Below, piece after piece: positions 9,399-20,231 of a stretch of DNA of 64,000 nucleotides. The notes beneath the pieces were generated by a model, which worked only from the letters and a program-made list of their open reading frames with translations, was not told the origin of the DNA and searched no databases. Source of the stretch: Christensenella sp. UBA6094 (GTDB taxonomy: Bacteria > Bacillota > Clostridia > Christensenellales > UBA6094); assembly GCA_002435915.1 (NCBI GenBank), contig DIWY01000004.1:138053-202052 (forward strand). Reading direction: 5' to 3'. Each line of letters starts with the position of its first letter. Position 1 is the first letter of the stretch. The position numbers were made by a program, and so were the translations under genes.

Positions 9399-12300
9399 TT
9401 AATCAGTTATAACTTGCTCATCAACATATAGCTCGTATATGTCACCTTCTTTAACATCGTTAAAGTTCTTTAGGCCGATACCGCATTCATAACCGGCAGC
9501 AACTTCTTTTGCATCATCCTTGAAGCGCTTAAGTGTATCTATCGTTCCTTCATGTATTACAACGCCTTCTCTAAGTACGCGTACAGAAGAATTATTTGTA
9601 ATTTTACCATCTTGAACATAACTACCTGCAATAGTACCTATGTTTGAAACTTTAAATATCTGTCTAACTTCAGCGTGGCCAAGAATAACTTCTTTAAATA
9701 CTGGATCAAGAAGTCCCTTCATTGCCTTTTCTACATCTTCGATAGCTTTGTATATTACTCTATATGTTCTAATATCAACGTTATCGAAATCTGGTGAAGT
9801 ACGCGCTGACTGGTCAGGTCTAACATTGAATCCAATAATTATGCCGTTTGATGCAGTAGCAAGAAGTATATCATGCTTCGTTATAGCACCAACACCGCTG
9901 TGTATAACACGTACATGAACATTCTCGTTCGACAATTTTTCTAGAGATTGTTTAATTGCTTCAGCCGAGCCTTGAACATCAGCCTTTATTACAAGTGGAA
10001 GTTCTTTAATATTGCCTTCAGATATATGTGTAAATAGATCATCAAGAGTTACTTTTGATATTGTCTTAAGTTGATCAGCCTTGATTTTATCTCTACGCTC
10101 TTCAGCAACTTGCTTAGATAGTTTATCCTCGCCAACAACATAAAGTGTATCTCCAGCTTCTGGCACTTCAGAAAATCCGAGTACTTCAACTGGAACAGAT
10201 GGTCCAGCACTGTCTATTCTTTCGCCTTTGTCATCAATAAGAGCTCTAACGCGACCGTATGCAACGCCGGCAATAATTGTATCGCCTGTGCGTAATGTTC
10301 CATTTTGAATAAGAACTGTAGCTACAGGCCCTCTGCCTTTATCAAGTTTAGCTTCGATAATAGCGCCCTTAGCTGGTTTGTCTGGATCAGCTGTAAGCTC
10401 TTGAACTTCTGCAACTAACAATATCATCTCAAGCAACTGAGGAATACCTTCACCAGTTTTAGAGGATAGCGGAACAACAACTGTTTCGCCGCCCCATTCT
10501 TCAGGCAATAGTGATTGTTCAGTTAATTGTTGCTTAATACGTTCAATATTAGTATTAGGTCTATCTATCTTAGTTATAGCGACAATTATTGGTACTTCTG
10601 CTGCTTTAGCATGGTTAATAGCTTCAATAGTCTGAGGCATAATACCATCATCTGCCGCAACAACTAGTATTGCTATATCAGTAACTTGCGCACCACGAGC
10701 GCGCATAGAAGTAAACGCTTCATGACCAGGTGTATCCAAGAATGTAATTATTTTTGAGTTAACATCAACAGTATAAGCACCTATGTGCTGAGTTATACCA
10801 CCAGCTTCACCCTTAACAACACTTGTTGTTCTAATATAATCAAGAAGTGAGGTTTTACCATGATCAACATGCCCCATTATTGTAACAACAGGTGGCCTTG
10901 TTAGTGCGCTATTATCTTCGCTCTCTTCGTATTCACCTATCATAACTTCTTCGTATGTTTTGTCGAATTTTTGTTCAAGCTCAATGCCATATTCATTAGC
11001 AATAAGCGTAGCCATGTCATAATCAATCTCGTTATTGATTGTAGCCATAACGCCTAAAAGCAATAATTTTTTTATGATACCTGAAGCAGGCTTACCGATT
11101 TTTTCAGAAAATTCTTTTATTGTAAGAGTATCCCCAGTTACCGTAGCTTTATCGATTTTTATAGGTTCGATATACATTTTAGGTTCTTGAGATTTTTTTC
11201 TTCTGCCTTTATGATATCTTGAATCATCAAAACTGTTTTGAGTTTTATTTAATATTAGTTTTCTTGAAGCAGACTTTTTATCGTAATCATGCTTTTTATT
11301 ATCATAAGCACTCTTATTTGGATCATAATTACTAACGCGCTCTTTTTCAAGTGGTGGTGCTAGCACAGGAGCTGCAGGTTTGCCGCGTGAGCTACCATAG
11401 CTACTATTGCTCTTATTATAGCCACCCTGTTGACCGCCAGTAGGTCTATTATTATAACTACTTTGGCCTCCAGCAGGTCTATTATTATAACCGCCTTGGT
11501 TATTGTTATATCCGCCTTGTTGTCCAGCAGGTCTGCTATAACCGCCTTGTTGTTGATTATTATTTCTATAAGTAGCTGTACCAGAGCCAGTACCTTGGTT
11601 ATTAGAGGTGGATTGACCAGGAGTTCTATTATAGGTTTGGTTATTGTTTCTATATGTGGCTGTACCCGTACCAGTTCCAGGCTGATTAGTATTTCTGACA
11701 AACCCAGTCTGTTGTTGGTTATTGTTTCTATATGTTGCTGTGCCCGTACCAGTTCCTGGTTGGTTAGTATTTCTTACAAAACCCGTTTGTTGCTGGTTAT
11801 TGTTTCTATATGTTGCTGTGCCCGTACCAGTTCCAGGTTGGTTAGTATTTCTTACAAACCCAGTCTGCTGCTGGTTATTGTTTCTATATGTTGCTGTACC
11901 CGTACCAGTTCCAGGTTGGTTAGTATTCCTTACAAACCCAGTCTGTTGTTGGTTATTGTTTCTATAAGTAGCAGTTCCTGTACCAGTTCCAGGTTGGTTA
12001 GTATTTCTTACAAAACCAGTCTGCTGTTGGTTAGTATTTCTATTTAAAGAACCTGGCTGAGCTGGTTTATTCTCAGCGACCTCTCCTGTTGTAGGTTGCG
12101 CTGAAGTTGCTTGAGTATCAGCAGGCTTATTTTCAGTAGCGGGAGCTTTTTCAATCTTTGCTTCAGCTGGTTTTTCATCTTCACTTTTAGCAACGTCTAA
12201 AGTTGCATCGCTTTTCGCTTTCGCAACTGAAGTTTTCTTTTTTGCAGGTTTTTCTTCAGAGCTTTGGGCGGTAATCTCTGTTGGCTTTGATACATCAACA

Positions 12301-12554
12301 TCAACTGAATTTGCTGTAGGCTCAACTATAGGAGCCTGCGCTGCAGGTTCTTTTCCGCTATTCTCTTCCTTAGAAGCTTTAGCTTGAGCATCAAACTCCT
12401 GAGCTTGTTGCTTTTTAAGAAGATCCATCTCTAATATTTTGATTTTCTCTATTCTATTACCGACTTGTTCTTGAGATTTTAAAATGTCGTCAAGCAACTC
12501 GTTAGCTGATTTAGAGATTTGTTTGGTAAGGTTATATGCATTTACTTTTGCCAT
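9399..12554 (-). CDS. infB: translation initiation factor IF-2 with a long repeat-containing N-terminal region
   Basis: GTPase motifs [20 protein letters not shown] and TKID. 1051 aa. The N-terminal 450 aa or so is low-complexity. Confidence 0.97.
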   Translation of the reverse strand: MAKVNAYNLTKQISKSANELLDDILKSQEQVGNRIEKIKILEMDLLKKQQAQEFDAQAKASKEENSGKEPAAQAPIVEPTANSVDVDVSKPTEITAQSSEEKPAKKKTSVAKAKSDATLDVAKSEDEKPAEAKIEKAPATENKPADTQATSAQPTTGEVAENKPAQPGSLNRNTNQQQTGFVRNTNQPGTGTGTATYRNNNQQQTGFVRNTNQPGTGTGTATYRNNNQQQTGFVRNTNQPGTGTGTATYRNNNQQQTGFVRNTNQPGTGTGTATYRNNNQQQTGFVRNTNQPGTGTGTATYRNNNQTYNRTPGQSTSNNQGTGSGTATYRNNNQQQGGYSRPAGQQGGYNNNQGGYNNRPAGGQSSYNNRPTGGQQGGYNKSNSSYGSSRGKPAAPVLAPPLEKERVSNYDPNKSAYDNKKHDYDKKSASRKLILNKTQNSFDDSRYHKGRRKKSQEPKMYIEPIKIDKATVTGDTLTIKEFSEKIGKPASGIIKKLLLLGVMATINNEIDYDMATLIANEYGIELEQKFDKTYEEVMIGEYEESEDNSALTRPPVVTIMGHVDHGKTSLLDYIRTTSVVKGEAGGITQHIGAYTVDVNSKIITFLDTPGHEAFTSMRARGAQVTDIAILVVAADDGIMPQTIEAINHAKAAEVPIIVAITKIDRPNTNIERIKQQLTEQSLLPEEWGGETVVVPLSSKTGEGIPQLLEMILLVAEVQELTADPDKPAKGAIIEAKLDKGRGPVATVLIQNGTLRTGDTIIAGVAYGRVRALIDDKGERIDSAGPSVPVEVLGFSEVPEAGDTLYVVGEDKLSKQVAEERRDKIKADQLKTISKVTLDDLFTHISEGNIKELPLVIKADVQGSAEAIKQSLEKLSNENVHVRVIHSGVGAITKHDILLATASNGIIIGFNVRPDQSARTSPDFDNVDIRTYRVIYKAIEDVEKAMKGLLDPVFKEVILGHAEVRQIFKVSNIGTIAGSYVQDGKITNNSSVRVLREGVVIHEGTIDTLKRFKDDAKEVAAGYECGIGLKNFNDVKEGDIYELYVDEQVITD
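11631..12020 (-). repeat. five tandem 78-bp (26-codon) in-frame repeats inside infB
   Basis: Unit [26 protein letters not shown] starts at 12020, 11942, 11864, 11786 and 11708. A degenerate sixth copy and GGYNN-type repeats follow. Confidence 0.95.
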
Positions 12555-12558
12555 TAAA

Positions 12559-12888
12559 TTAATCCACCCCCGCCTTTAAGGCAGTATTTTTATATTCATT
12601 AATTATTAGTTCTGAGAATTGTTTGTCTTTCAGTCCCATAATTTTGTTTGCTTTGCCAGAAATATTTAACTGCTCCATTTCACCATCAATTAGCACGCAA
12701 AACACATTGCTTTGCTGACACATTGTAGTATATCTTTGGAGTGTAGAGTCAGACACATGGTCTAGTATTACTACTCGCAGTTTTCTTTTTTTCAAGTGCT
12801 GTTCAACGCCCAAATCTCCATAGATGATCTTTCCGGCACGTGCAGCAAATCCTATGTAGGTATAAAGTTTATTTCGTTTTAAGTCCAC
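12559..12888 (-). CDS. L7Ae/L30e-family RNA-binding protein (YlxQ-like)
   Basis: 109 aa. [12 protein letters not shown] motif. Conserved position between ylxR and infB. Confidence 0.8.
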   Translation of the reverse strand: MDLKRNKLYTYIGFAARAGKIIYGDLGVEQHLKKRKLRVVILDHVSDSTLQRYTTMCQQSNVFCVLIDGEMEQLNISGKANKIMGLKDKQFSELIINEYKNTALKAGVD

Positions 12889-13153
12889 TTCTTATTATCT
12901 CTTTCTCAAGGGATGCCTCTACCTCGTCGTCAATCTTGGTTTCAAGTGCACGAGCTAGCGCATTTGATTTGACTGCTTTTTTTAAGCATTCAATATCTTT
13001 GCAGATATATGCACCTCGGCCAGCAGCTTTTGAAGTTCTATCCACAAAAGGCACTCCTTCTTCAGCCGGGCGTACAACTCTAATTAGCTCTTTTTTTGGT
13101 TTCATTTCTCTGCACCCTACGCACATACGCATAGGCGCTTTACGTGTTTTCAT
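12869..13153 (-). CDS. ylxR: YlxR/DUF448 family protein (RnpM-like)
   Basis: PMRMCVGCREMKPKKELIRVV and GRGAYIC motifs. Located downstream of nusA. Confidence 0.85.
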   Translation of the reverse strand: MKTRKAPMRMCVGCREMKPKKELIRVVRPAEEGVPFVDRTSKAAGRGAYICKDIECLKKAVKSNALARALETKIDDEVEASLEKEIIRSGLKTK

Positions 13154-13236
13154 TATTCATCACCGTCATGCTAACGTTATATTATAGTTTTTTGTATTTG
13201 TATACCTTTTTACTACTAAAATAATAAAATTCATTA

Positions 13237-14334
13237 TTAATTATTATCATCTGTAGAATTATTGTTTTCACGCATGTACGACTCATATTCTTCTGCGCTC
13301 ATGTTTGCACCATTGCTTTTAATATCAATCTTCCAGCCTGTAAGTTTAGCTGCAAGTCTAGCATTTTGACCTTCTTTGCCGATAGCAAGCGATAACTGAT
13401 TGTCAGGAACGATTACGAAAGCTGCTCTATCTGATTCATAAGCTTCGACAGATATGATCTTAGCTGGGCTAAGTGCATTAGCGACTAGCTGCACTGAATC
13501 ACTACTGTATTTAATAATATCGATTTTTTCATTGTTAAGTTCGTGAACTACTCTGTCTATTCTAATGCCGCGTTGTCCAACACAAGCACCAACAGCATCA
13601 ACCTGAGGATCGTTAGAAGCTACAGCGATTTTTGTTCTGTAGCCTGCTTCACGAGCAATAGCTTTTATCTCAACAATACCCATCTGAATTTCTGGGACTT
13701 CCATCTCAAAAAGCCTTTTAACTAGACCTGGGTGTGAACGCGAAACAAAAACCTGTGGACCTTTTGGAGAGTTTTTAACCTCTACTACATAAACTTTGAT
13801 ACGATCGTTTATATTATACATTTCTCCACGTACAGTTTCTTGTCTTGGCATATAACCTTCTGTTTTGCCTAGGTCTAAATACACGCCGCCATTTCTGTCC
13901 ATTCTTTGAACAATGGCAGTTAGTAATTCATCTTCTTTTTGAATATATTCTTCAAAGACAACACCACGTTCTGCTTCGCGAATACGCTGCATAACAACTT
14001 GTTTTGCTGTCTGTGCTGCAATGCGGCCAAAAGTTTTTGGTGTTACTTCTTCTTCAATAATATCTCCTTCTTCGTATGCTTTATTAACTAATAATGCATC
14101 TTCTAAGGATATCTGCTCTTGAGGGTCAGTCACCTCTGGCACAACTGTTTTTCTGGAATACACTTTTACAACACCTGTATCATTGTCGATTTCGACTCTA
14201 ACATTAGTTGCATTCATGTAATTCCTTTTGTACGCAGAAATAAGAGCATTTTCTACTGCCTCAATAAGTATTTCTTTATTTATACCACGTTCTTTTTCAA
14301 GGATATAAAGTGCATCAATAAATTCTGAATTCAT
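13237..14334 (-). CDS. nusA: transcription termination/antitermination factor NusA
   Basis: S1 domain plus two KH domains (GACVGQRGIRI, AIGKEGQNARLAAKLTGWKIDI). 365 aa. Confidence 0.97.
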   Translation of the reverse strand: MNSEFIDALYILEKERGINKEILIEAVENALISAYKRNYMNATNVRVEIDNDTGVVKVYSRKTVVPEVTDPQEQISLEDALLVNKAYEEGDIIEEEVTPKTFGRIAAQTAKQVVMQRIREAERGVVFEEYIQKEDELLTAIVQRMDRNGGVYLDLGKTEGYMPRQETVRGEMYNINDRIKVYVVEVKNSPKGPQVFVSRSHPGLVKRLFEMEVPEIQMGIVEIKAIAREAGYRTKIAVASNDPQVDAVGACVGQRGIRIDRVVHELNNEKIDIIKYSSDSVQLVANALSPAKIISVEAYESDRAAFVIVPDNQLSLAIGKEGQNARLAAKLTGWKIDIKSNGANMSAEEYESYMRENNNSTDDNN

Positions 14335-14345
14335 ATATTAACCTC

Positions 14346-14804
14346 CTAGAACTCTAGTTCTAATACGATTTTTCCTACTTCCTTCTTAAGAAAGCTGTAT
14401 GGTTGATTATTATCGCAGATAATAGTAAAACTGTCAGCATCAAAATCTGAAAGAATACCAACATACTCTTTCTTTCCGTCTTTTGGTGTGTACAGTTTAA
14501 TGCGGATTTTCTTGCCAATATTACGTTTAAAATCGCCCTCAGTTTTAATAGGTCTATCAAGTCCTAATGAGGATACACTTAAAATGTATTTGTTGCTAAT
14601 AGGGTCTTCTTTTTCAAGTATTTCATCAACTACTACACTTACTTTTTCGCAGTCATCCAATGAAATACCTTGCTCATTATGAATGAAGAAAATAAGAACA
14701 AAATCATCATGATCTTTTTCATACTTAACTTCAACTAATTCGTAACCTAACTGTGCAATATCATCCGCACACAGTTTAAATATAGCATCTTCAAGCTTTG
14801 ACAA
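14346..14804 (-). CDS. rimP: ribosome maturation factor RimP
   Basis: GGAGG lies 7 nt before the TTG at 14804 (LSKLEDAIFKL...), giving 152 aa. The longest ORF start at 14918 would run through the promoter and hairpin. Confidence 0.9.
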   Translation of the reverse strand: MSKLEDAIFKLCADDIAQLGYELVEVKYEKDHDDFVLIFFIHNEQGISLDDCEKVSVVVDEILEKEDPISNKYILSVSSLGLDRPIKTEGDFKRNIGKKIRIKLYTPKDGKKEYVGILSDFDADSFTIICDNNQPYSFLKKEVGKIVLELEF

Positions 14805-14840
14805 GAAAACGCCTCCTAAAACATCATAAAATAATAGCAA

Positions 14841-14861
14841 AGAGTGGGTTTTGCCCACTCT
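14841..14861 (-). terminator. terminator/attenuator hairpin between polC and rimP
   Basis: Minus strand AGAGTGGG-CAAAA-CCCACTCT followed by TTGCTATTATTTTATG. It lies downstream of the candidate rimP promoter and about 35 nt before the rimP start. Confidence 0.7.
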
Positions 14862-14889
14862 TAGAAGAAATATTTCTAATAGCAATGTC

Positions 14890-14918
14890 ATTATAGCACT
14901 ATGGTAGCTAGAATACAA
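14890..14918 (-). promoter_or_regulatory. candidate sigma-A promoter of the rimP-nusA-infB operon
   Basis: Minus strand: TTGTAT (14918-14913), 17 nt spacer, TGCTATAAT (extended -10; TATAAT at 14895-14890). Confidence 0.55.
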
Positions 14919-14964
14919 GTAAAAGTGAACAATAATGGCTTTTCTAGGGCAAAATTCATTTATA

Positions 14965-17900
14965 TTATAGAAAAGTTAATTGGTTTGTATCGGGTATATC
15001 TCTAAAGCACCCCATACCTTTAAGTACGTCTGTTATTGTAGAAGATGCCTTTGTTTTATTAAGAAAATCTTCAATGGAAAGAAATTCTGATTCTTGCCTT
15101 GCGACGTAAATGCTCATAGCTGCTGTTTCACCTAATCCCGGTATTGCTCTTAATGGCATTCTGATACCTTCTTCTTCCATGATAAACTTCGAAGGATGAG
15201 AAATATACAAATCTACAGGCAAAAACTTGATGCCTCTAAGATTCATTTCAATCGCCATTTCCAAAAGAGTCTGCTTACTTTTATCTTTTGCTGTAAGTGT
15301 CCCCTTTTCCTTTTCAACCGACTTTAGTTCTGCTTTAATTTCTTTTGCATTACCGCTCATTGTAAGCGCATCAAAATCGTCGCCTTTAACGGTAAAATAT
15401 GTAGCGTAATACGCTTTTGGCATATGCACTTTATAATAAGCTATTCTAAATGCCATCATAACATAAGCAGCTGCATGAGCTTTTGGGAACATATACTTTA
15501 TTTTCTTGCAAGAATCAATAAACCAGCCTGGTACACTAGCCCGAACCATTGCCTGTTCCATATCTTCTTTTAAGCCCTTACCTTTTCTGACGTTTTCCAT
15601 TATTTTAAACGCGTCAAGTGGCTCAACGCCTTTTAATAAAAGATAGTTCATAATATCGTCTCTAGTACATATAACCTCACTTAGTGTCGCTGTACCATTT
15701 AAAATAAGATCTTGAGCATTATTTAGCCATACATCAGTACCATGGGATAGCCCTGATATTCTAATAAGCTCAGCCATCGTTGTTGGCATGGTATCTTTTA
15801 GCATCTGCCTAACAAACCCAGTACCAAACTCAGGTATTCCTAGTGAACCAATATCATTTGCATATGTAGCAGTATCTTCTATTTCAAGCGCATCTATACT
15901 CGAGAATATCGACATTGTTTTATCGTCATCTAAAGGTATTTTTGTAGGGTCAACGCCTGTAATATCGTGAAGCATTCTGAGTGTTGTAGGGTCATCATGA
16001 CCAAGTATATCTAGCTTAATAAGCCTATCGTGAAGCGAATCAAAGTCAAAATGCGTTGTAATGGTATCGGTTGTTTTATCGTCAGCTGGTTTTTGCACTG
16101 GCGTAAACATATGAATATCGATGTCCTTTGGAACTATAACCAATCCACCTGGATGCTGACCTGTTGTTCTTTTAACGCCAACGCACCCATCTACAAGTCT
16201 ATTTACCTCGGCTTTTGTTCGTGCTATGCCATGTTGCTCCATGTATTTGCTAACAAAACCAAAAGCCGTCTTGCTAGCTAGTGTCGAGATAGTCCCTGCT
16301 CTAAAAACGTGGTCGCTGCCAAAGATTTCTTCGACATACTTATGTGCCTTGCTCTGGTACTCACCAGAGAAGTTAAGATCAATATCAGGTACTTTGTCTC
16401 CGTTAAACCCAAGAAACGTTTCAAACGGTATATCATAACCCATTCTTTTCATAGGAGTATTACAATTCGGGCATAACATATCCGGCAAGTCTGGTCCACA
16501 GTCGAATTTTTCTATATCGATTGTAAAATCAGAATGATGACATTTTGTACATACATAGTGTGGTGGGAGTGGATTAACCTCTGTTATATCGGTAAGCCAA
16601 GCCACAAATGATGAACCTACAGAGCCTCTCGATCCAACTAAGTAACCATCTTCAAGTGACTTTTTTACAAGTTTATGTGCAATAAGATATAGAACTGCAA
16701 ACCCATGTGTAATTATTGAGTTTAGCTCTTTATCAAGTCTTTTCTGAACAACTTCTGGTAAAACTTCACCATAAACCGCATGTGCTTTTTGTAGCGACAT
16801 TGTCTTTATTTCGTCCTCAGCACCTTCGATTGACGGAGCATAAGTTGTATCCGGGAATGGTCGCATTGATTCTATCATATCAGCTATTAAATGCGTGTTA
16901 TCAATAACAACCTCACGAGCTTTTTCTTCGCCAAGATATGCAAAGTCTTCAAGCATCTCATCTGTCGTTTTAAAAAACAGCGGTGCTTGTTCGTCTGCAT
17001 CACTAAAACCAAGTCCAGTCATGATTATTCGTCTATAGTATTCATCCTGAGGATCTAAAAAATGCACATCGCCTGTTGCCACTACTGGCTTTCCAAGCAT
17101 TTCACCAAGCTTAATTATTTTTTCATTAATATTCTCAAGTTCCTCGAAAGATCCAACTAGTCCGTTTCTAATAAGGAACTCATTGTTCTTGAGGGGCTGT
17201 ATCTCTAAATAATCGTAAAATGATGCGATCTGTAAAAGTGCCTTTTCGTCTGCACCATTTATAACTGCTTGATATAATTCTCCACTTTCACAAGCTGAAC
17301 CAAGTATCAAACCTTCTCTATGTTGCTCAAGTAAACTTTTTGGTATCTGAGGTTTTTTGCTGAAGTAATGCAGATGCGACTGAGAAACAAGCCTATATAA
17401 ATTCTCAAGACCTTTTAAGTTTTTCGCTAAGAGGATTATATGAGATGTATGGCTACTAGATTTATCTTTTGTAGCTATTTTATTTGCAGGGAAAGCCTTG
17501 ACTTCGCTATCTTCAACAATCTTAAAGCATTCAAGCATGATATTTGCGCATGTTATTGCATCGTCGTCTGCTCTGTGGTGCGAACCCATATTTAACGAAA
17601 AATAGTCAGCTAGCTTATTAAGCTTGTGAGATCTTAAGCTAGGAACAGCAACTCTTGCAAGCTCTAGCGTATCTAGTACATTATTATTAAAAGTAAAGCC
17701 CATAGGGAGCGCTTTTTGCAATATAAAACCTACGTCAAAAGAAGCGTTATGTGCAACAAGTACTGAATGTCCACAAAAAGCATAAAAAGCTGGAAGCACT
17801 TGGTTTATTTGTGGCGCATCTTGAACCATACTGTCTTTAATGTGCGTGAGATTCTCAATAAACGGCGGAATGCTCATCAGAGGGTTTACAAATGAGTGAA

Positions 17901-19158
17901 ATTTATCAGTTATCACTCCATCAACCATTCTAACAGCACCAATTTCAATGATTCTATCGTTTCTAGCATTTAAGCCAGTAGTCTCAAGGTCAAAAATAAC
18001 ATACTCGCCGTTTTTATCAGGCACAATATAATCGTTTAGCAGATAGCCTTCCATGCCAAGAATGAGTTTTATGCCGATTTTTGACGCAACGTCGTATGCC
18101 TCGGGAAATGCTTGCACTATTCCATGATCAGTTATTGCTATAGCACTATGTCCAAATTCTTTTGCGCGTATTACTAGCGATTTTATATCTGTAAGCCCAT
18201 CCATATTGCTCATTTTTGTATGCGCATGCAGCTCAATTCTCTTTTCATTAGCTGTGTCTTTTCTTTCATCAGGTTCAATAGTATTTATATTTATAGCTCT
18301 AATACATAGTTCTTTAACAAACATATCGTAAGAGCACTCGCCTCTAACTGAAATCCATTTGTATTTAATCAATTGCTTATCTATCTTTTCAAGAGTCTTT
18401 AGATCGTCAAACAACTTTACGCTTATCGAGCCTGTAAAGTCAGTGACATCGAAAATAAGTATAGCTCTTTTTCCATCTTTTAATGGGCGAATATCGGTTC
18501 TAACGATTTTGCCAGCAATATTTACAGAGCCACTATCCTCTTTCAAATCTTTAATCGGAGTAATTACTTTTGGTTTGCTGGAGGCGCCATGTATATTTAC
18601 GCTCTTAAACTGTTTAACTTCCTGTTTGATTTGTATTACAGGTTTTTCCTCAACTTCATCTTGTAGATCATATTCTATAATTTTTTCTTGCAGATCCACT
18701 TCGATTTCATTTTTAAATATATCGGATATTACGTTTTTAAATAGCTTCTTGCAATTATCTATATCTAAAATTCCAACTGCTCCACTTTTTGGAAGCGAAA
18801 GCACAACTTTATCTTCGCCTGTAATCTCTATCGAGGCGTGAGAAAGAATCAGACAATATGACTCATCATTTTTGTTTAACTGCTCGAAAATATATTTGCT
18901 GTATATCTCTGGTTCTTTAAGGAAATGCGGAAAAAGAGCAGGATAACTAATACTTATAGTTACTTCTGCTCCTGAAAATACATGTACAATAGTACTCTCA
19001 AGTGTTTGAACCTCGTCTTTGTTTAAGAATCTGTTAACACTTAACTCTATGTATATGCTCTGGTCTTTTTTATTTACTTTTACATTCAACAGTTCTACGT
19101 TGTAATCAAAATTTTGTTCGTTTATGAATTTATTAAACCCTAAATTTGCCTCACTCAT
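14965..19158 (-). CDS. polC: DNA polymerase III PolC-type
   Basis: 1397 aa. PHP motif HAHTKMSNMDG, inserted exonuclease domain VIFDLETTGL, and C-terminal polymerase core. Confidence 0.97.
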   Translation of the reverse strand: MSEANLGFNKFINEQNFDYNVELLNVKVNKKDQSIYIELSVNRFLNKDEVQTLESTIVHVFSGAEVTISISYPALFPHFLKEPEIYSKYIFEQLNKNDESYCLILSHASIEITGEDKVVLSLPKSGAVGILDIDNCKKLFKNVISDIFKNEIEVDLQEKIIEYDLQDEVEEKPVIQIKQEVKQFKSVNIHGASSKPKVITPIKDLKEDSGSVNIAGKIVRTDIRPLKDGKRAILIFDVTDFTGSISVKLFDDLKTLEKIDKQLIKYKWISVRGECSYDMFVKELCIRAININTIEPDERKDTANEKRIELHAHTKMSNMDGLTDIKSLVIRAKEFGHSAIAITDHGIVQAFPEAYDVASKIGIKLILGMEGYLLNDYIVPDKNGEYVIFDLETTGLNARNDRIIEIGAVRMVDGVITDKFHSFVNPLMSIPPFIENLTHIKDSMVQDAPQINQVLPAFYAFCGHSVLVAHNASFDVGFILQKALPMGFTFNNNVLDTLELARVAVPSLRSHKLNKLADYFSLNMGSHHRADDDAITCANIMLECFKIVEDSEVKAFPANKIATKDKSSSHTSHIILLAKNLKGLENLYRLVSQSHLHYFSKKPQIPKSLLEQHREGLILGSACESGELYQAVINGADEKALLQIASFYDYLEIQPLKNNEFLIRNGLVGSFEELENINEKIIKLGEMLGKPVVATGDVHFLDPQDEYYRRIIMTGLGFSDADEQAPLFFKTTDEMLEDFAYLGEEKAREVVIDNTHLIADMIESMRPFPDTTYAPSIEGAEDEIKTMSLQKAHAVYGEVLPEVVQKRLDKELNSIITHGFAVLYLIAHKLVKKSLEDGYLVGSRGSVGSSFVAWLTDITEVNPLPPHYVCTKCHHSDFTIDIEKFDCGPDLPDMLCPNCNTPMKRMGYDIPFETFLGFNGDKVPDIDLNFSGEYQSKAHKYVEEIFGSDHVFRAGTISTLASKTAFGFVSKYMEQHGIARTKAEVNRLVDGCVGVKRTTGQHPGGLVIVPKDIDIHMFTPVQKPADDKTTDTITTHFDFDSLHDRLIKLDILGHDDPTTLRMLHDITGVDPTKIPLDDDKTMSIFSSIDALEIEDTATYANDIGSLGIPEFGTGFVRQMLKDTMPTTMAELIRISGLSHGTDVWLNNAQDLILNGTATLSEVICTRDDIMNYLLLKGVEPLDAFKIMENVRKGKGLKEDMEQAMVRASVPGWFIDSCKKIKYMFPKAHAAAYVMMAFRIAYYKVHMPKAYYATYFTVKGDDFDALTMSGNAKEIKAELKSVEKEKGTLTAKDKSKQTLLEMAIEMNLRGIKFLPVDLYISHPSKFIMEEEGIRMPLRAIPGLGETAAMSIYVARQESEFLSIEDFLNKTKASSTITDVLKGMGCFRDIPDTNQLTFL

Positions 19159-19166
19159 GCGTCTTT

Positions 19167-20231
19167 TTACCCTCTTAGCAATGCATCTATCTCTAGTGAT
19201 AATGTAGAAAGTACATCTTCATTTTTTACTGTTTTAAGTAGTTTACCTTTTTTAAATATTGCTGAGCTATCTTTACCGCCAGCAACACCAAGGTCAGCTT
19301 CTTTAGCTTCTCCTGGTCCATTCACGACGCAGCCCATAACCGCAACAGTTAACGGTATGCCCTCGTAATCTTTGTATTTATCTTTCAATTCTTTTGCAAC
19401 TGTCTCGACATTCATGGATGTTCTTGCGCATGTTGGGCAGGCAACAAAATCTATGTAATTGTTTTTAAGCCCGGCAGCTCTTAGAATATTCTTGCCAGCA
19501 ACGATCTCACTAATTGGATTCCCAGTAAGAGAAACGCGTATAGTTTCGCCAATACCATCTAAAAGTAGCGAGCCAATTCCTACAGCTGATTTTACTATGC
19601 CATCTTCCCCGAACCCAGCTTCAGTGACACCTAAATGCAATGGATAATTATATTGTTCTCTAAATAGTCTATTAGCTTTTACAGTAAGTGCTACAGTTGA
19701 AGCTTTTAGTGATACGATAATGTCATCATAATAAAGTTCTTCAAGCATATCTATATGTTCTTTAGCAGATTCAAGCATTCCTTCAGCAGTAACGCCCTCG
19801 TATTTAGCTAAAATAGTCTTTTCTAATGAACCACCGTTTACTCCAATACGTATAGGAATGTTATGTTCCTTAGCAACTGAAACAAGTTCTTTCACTTTTT
19901 CTTTGCTGCCGATATTTCCCGGGTTAATACGAATTTTTGCAGCACCATTTTCTATTGATGCAATCGCAAGTTTATGATCAAAATGGATATCCGCAACTAA
20001 TGGAATAGATATATTGCTTACTATTTTTCTAAGAGCTTTTGCACATTCCATATCGTACACAGAAACTCGTACTATCTCGCACCCAGCGCTCTCCAGAGCT
20101 TGAATTTGTTTGATTGTGGACGTTGCATCGGCTGTATCCGTTGTACACATAGACTGGATAGTAACAGGTGCTCCACCGCCAATTTTGGCCTCATGTCCAT
20201 TATGGCTTTTTAATATTACTTGTTTAATCAT
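19167..20231 (-). CDS. ispG: 4-hydroxy-3-methylbut-2-en-1-yl diphosphate synthase
   Basis: 354 aa. ACPTCART and GCVVNGPGE cysteine motifs. Confidence 0.95.
   Translation of the reverse strand: MIKQVILKSHNGHEAKIGGGAPVTIQSMCTTDTADATSTIKQIQALESAGCEIVRVSVYDMECAKALRKIVSNISIPLVADIHFDHKLAIASIENGAAKIRINPGNIGSKEKVKELVSVAKEHNIPIRIGVNGGSLEKTILAKYEGVTAEGMLESAKEHIDMLEELYYDDIIVSLKASTVALTVKANRLFREQYNYPLHLGVTEAGFGEDGIVKSAVGIGSLLLDGIGETIRVSLTGNPISEIVAGKNILRAAGLKNNYIDFVACPTCARTSMNVETVAKELKDKYKDYEGIPLTVAVMGCVVNGPGEAKEADLGVAGGKDSSAIFKKGKLLKTVKNEDVLSTLSLEIDALLRG

Noticed and set aside
11631-12020. Possible CRISPR-like or minisatellite array
   Set aside because: The repeats are contiguous with no spacers, in frame, and inside a conserved gene. 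This is not a CRISPR architecture.
11360-12047. Long ORFs overlapping the infB repeat region: antisense on the plus strand (11430..12047, 205 aa; 11722..11967) and out of frame on the infB strand (11360..11701, minus)
   Set aside because: They exist only because the 78-bp repeat lacks stop codons in other frames. Their translations are repetitive Ser/Leu/Ile/Val strings with no RBS. infB in the known frame has full GTPase motifs.
14805-14918. N-terminal extensions from longest-ORF starts (rimP 14918, frr 24892, rpsB 27250, recX 48603, polA 60300, PPase 54543, SBP 56583 and others)
   Set aside because: In each case an internal start with a strong GGAGG-type RBS gives the canonical N-terminus. 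The extensions cross promoters or terminators, or encode hydrophobic nonsense.
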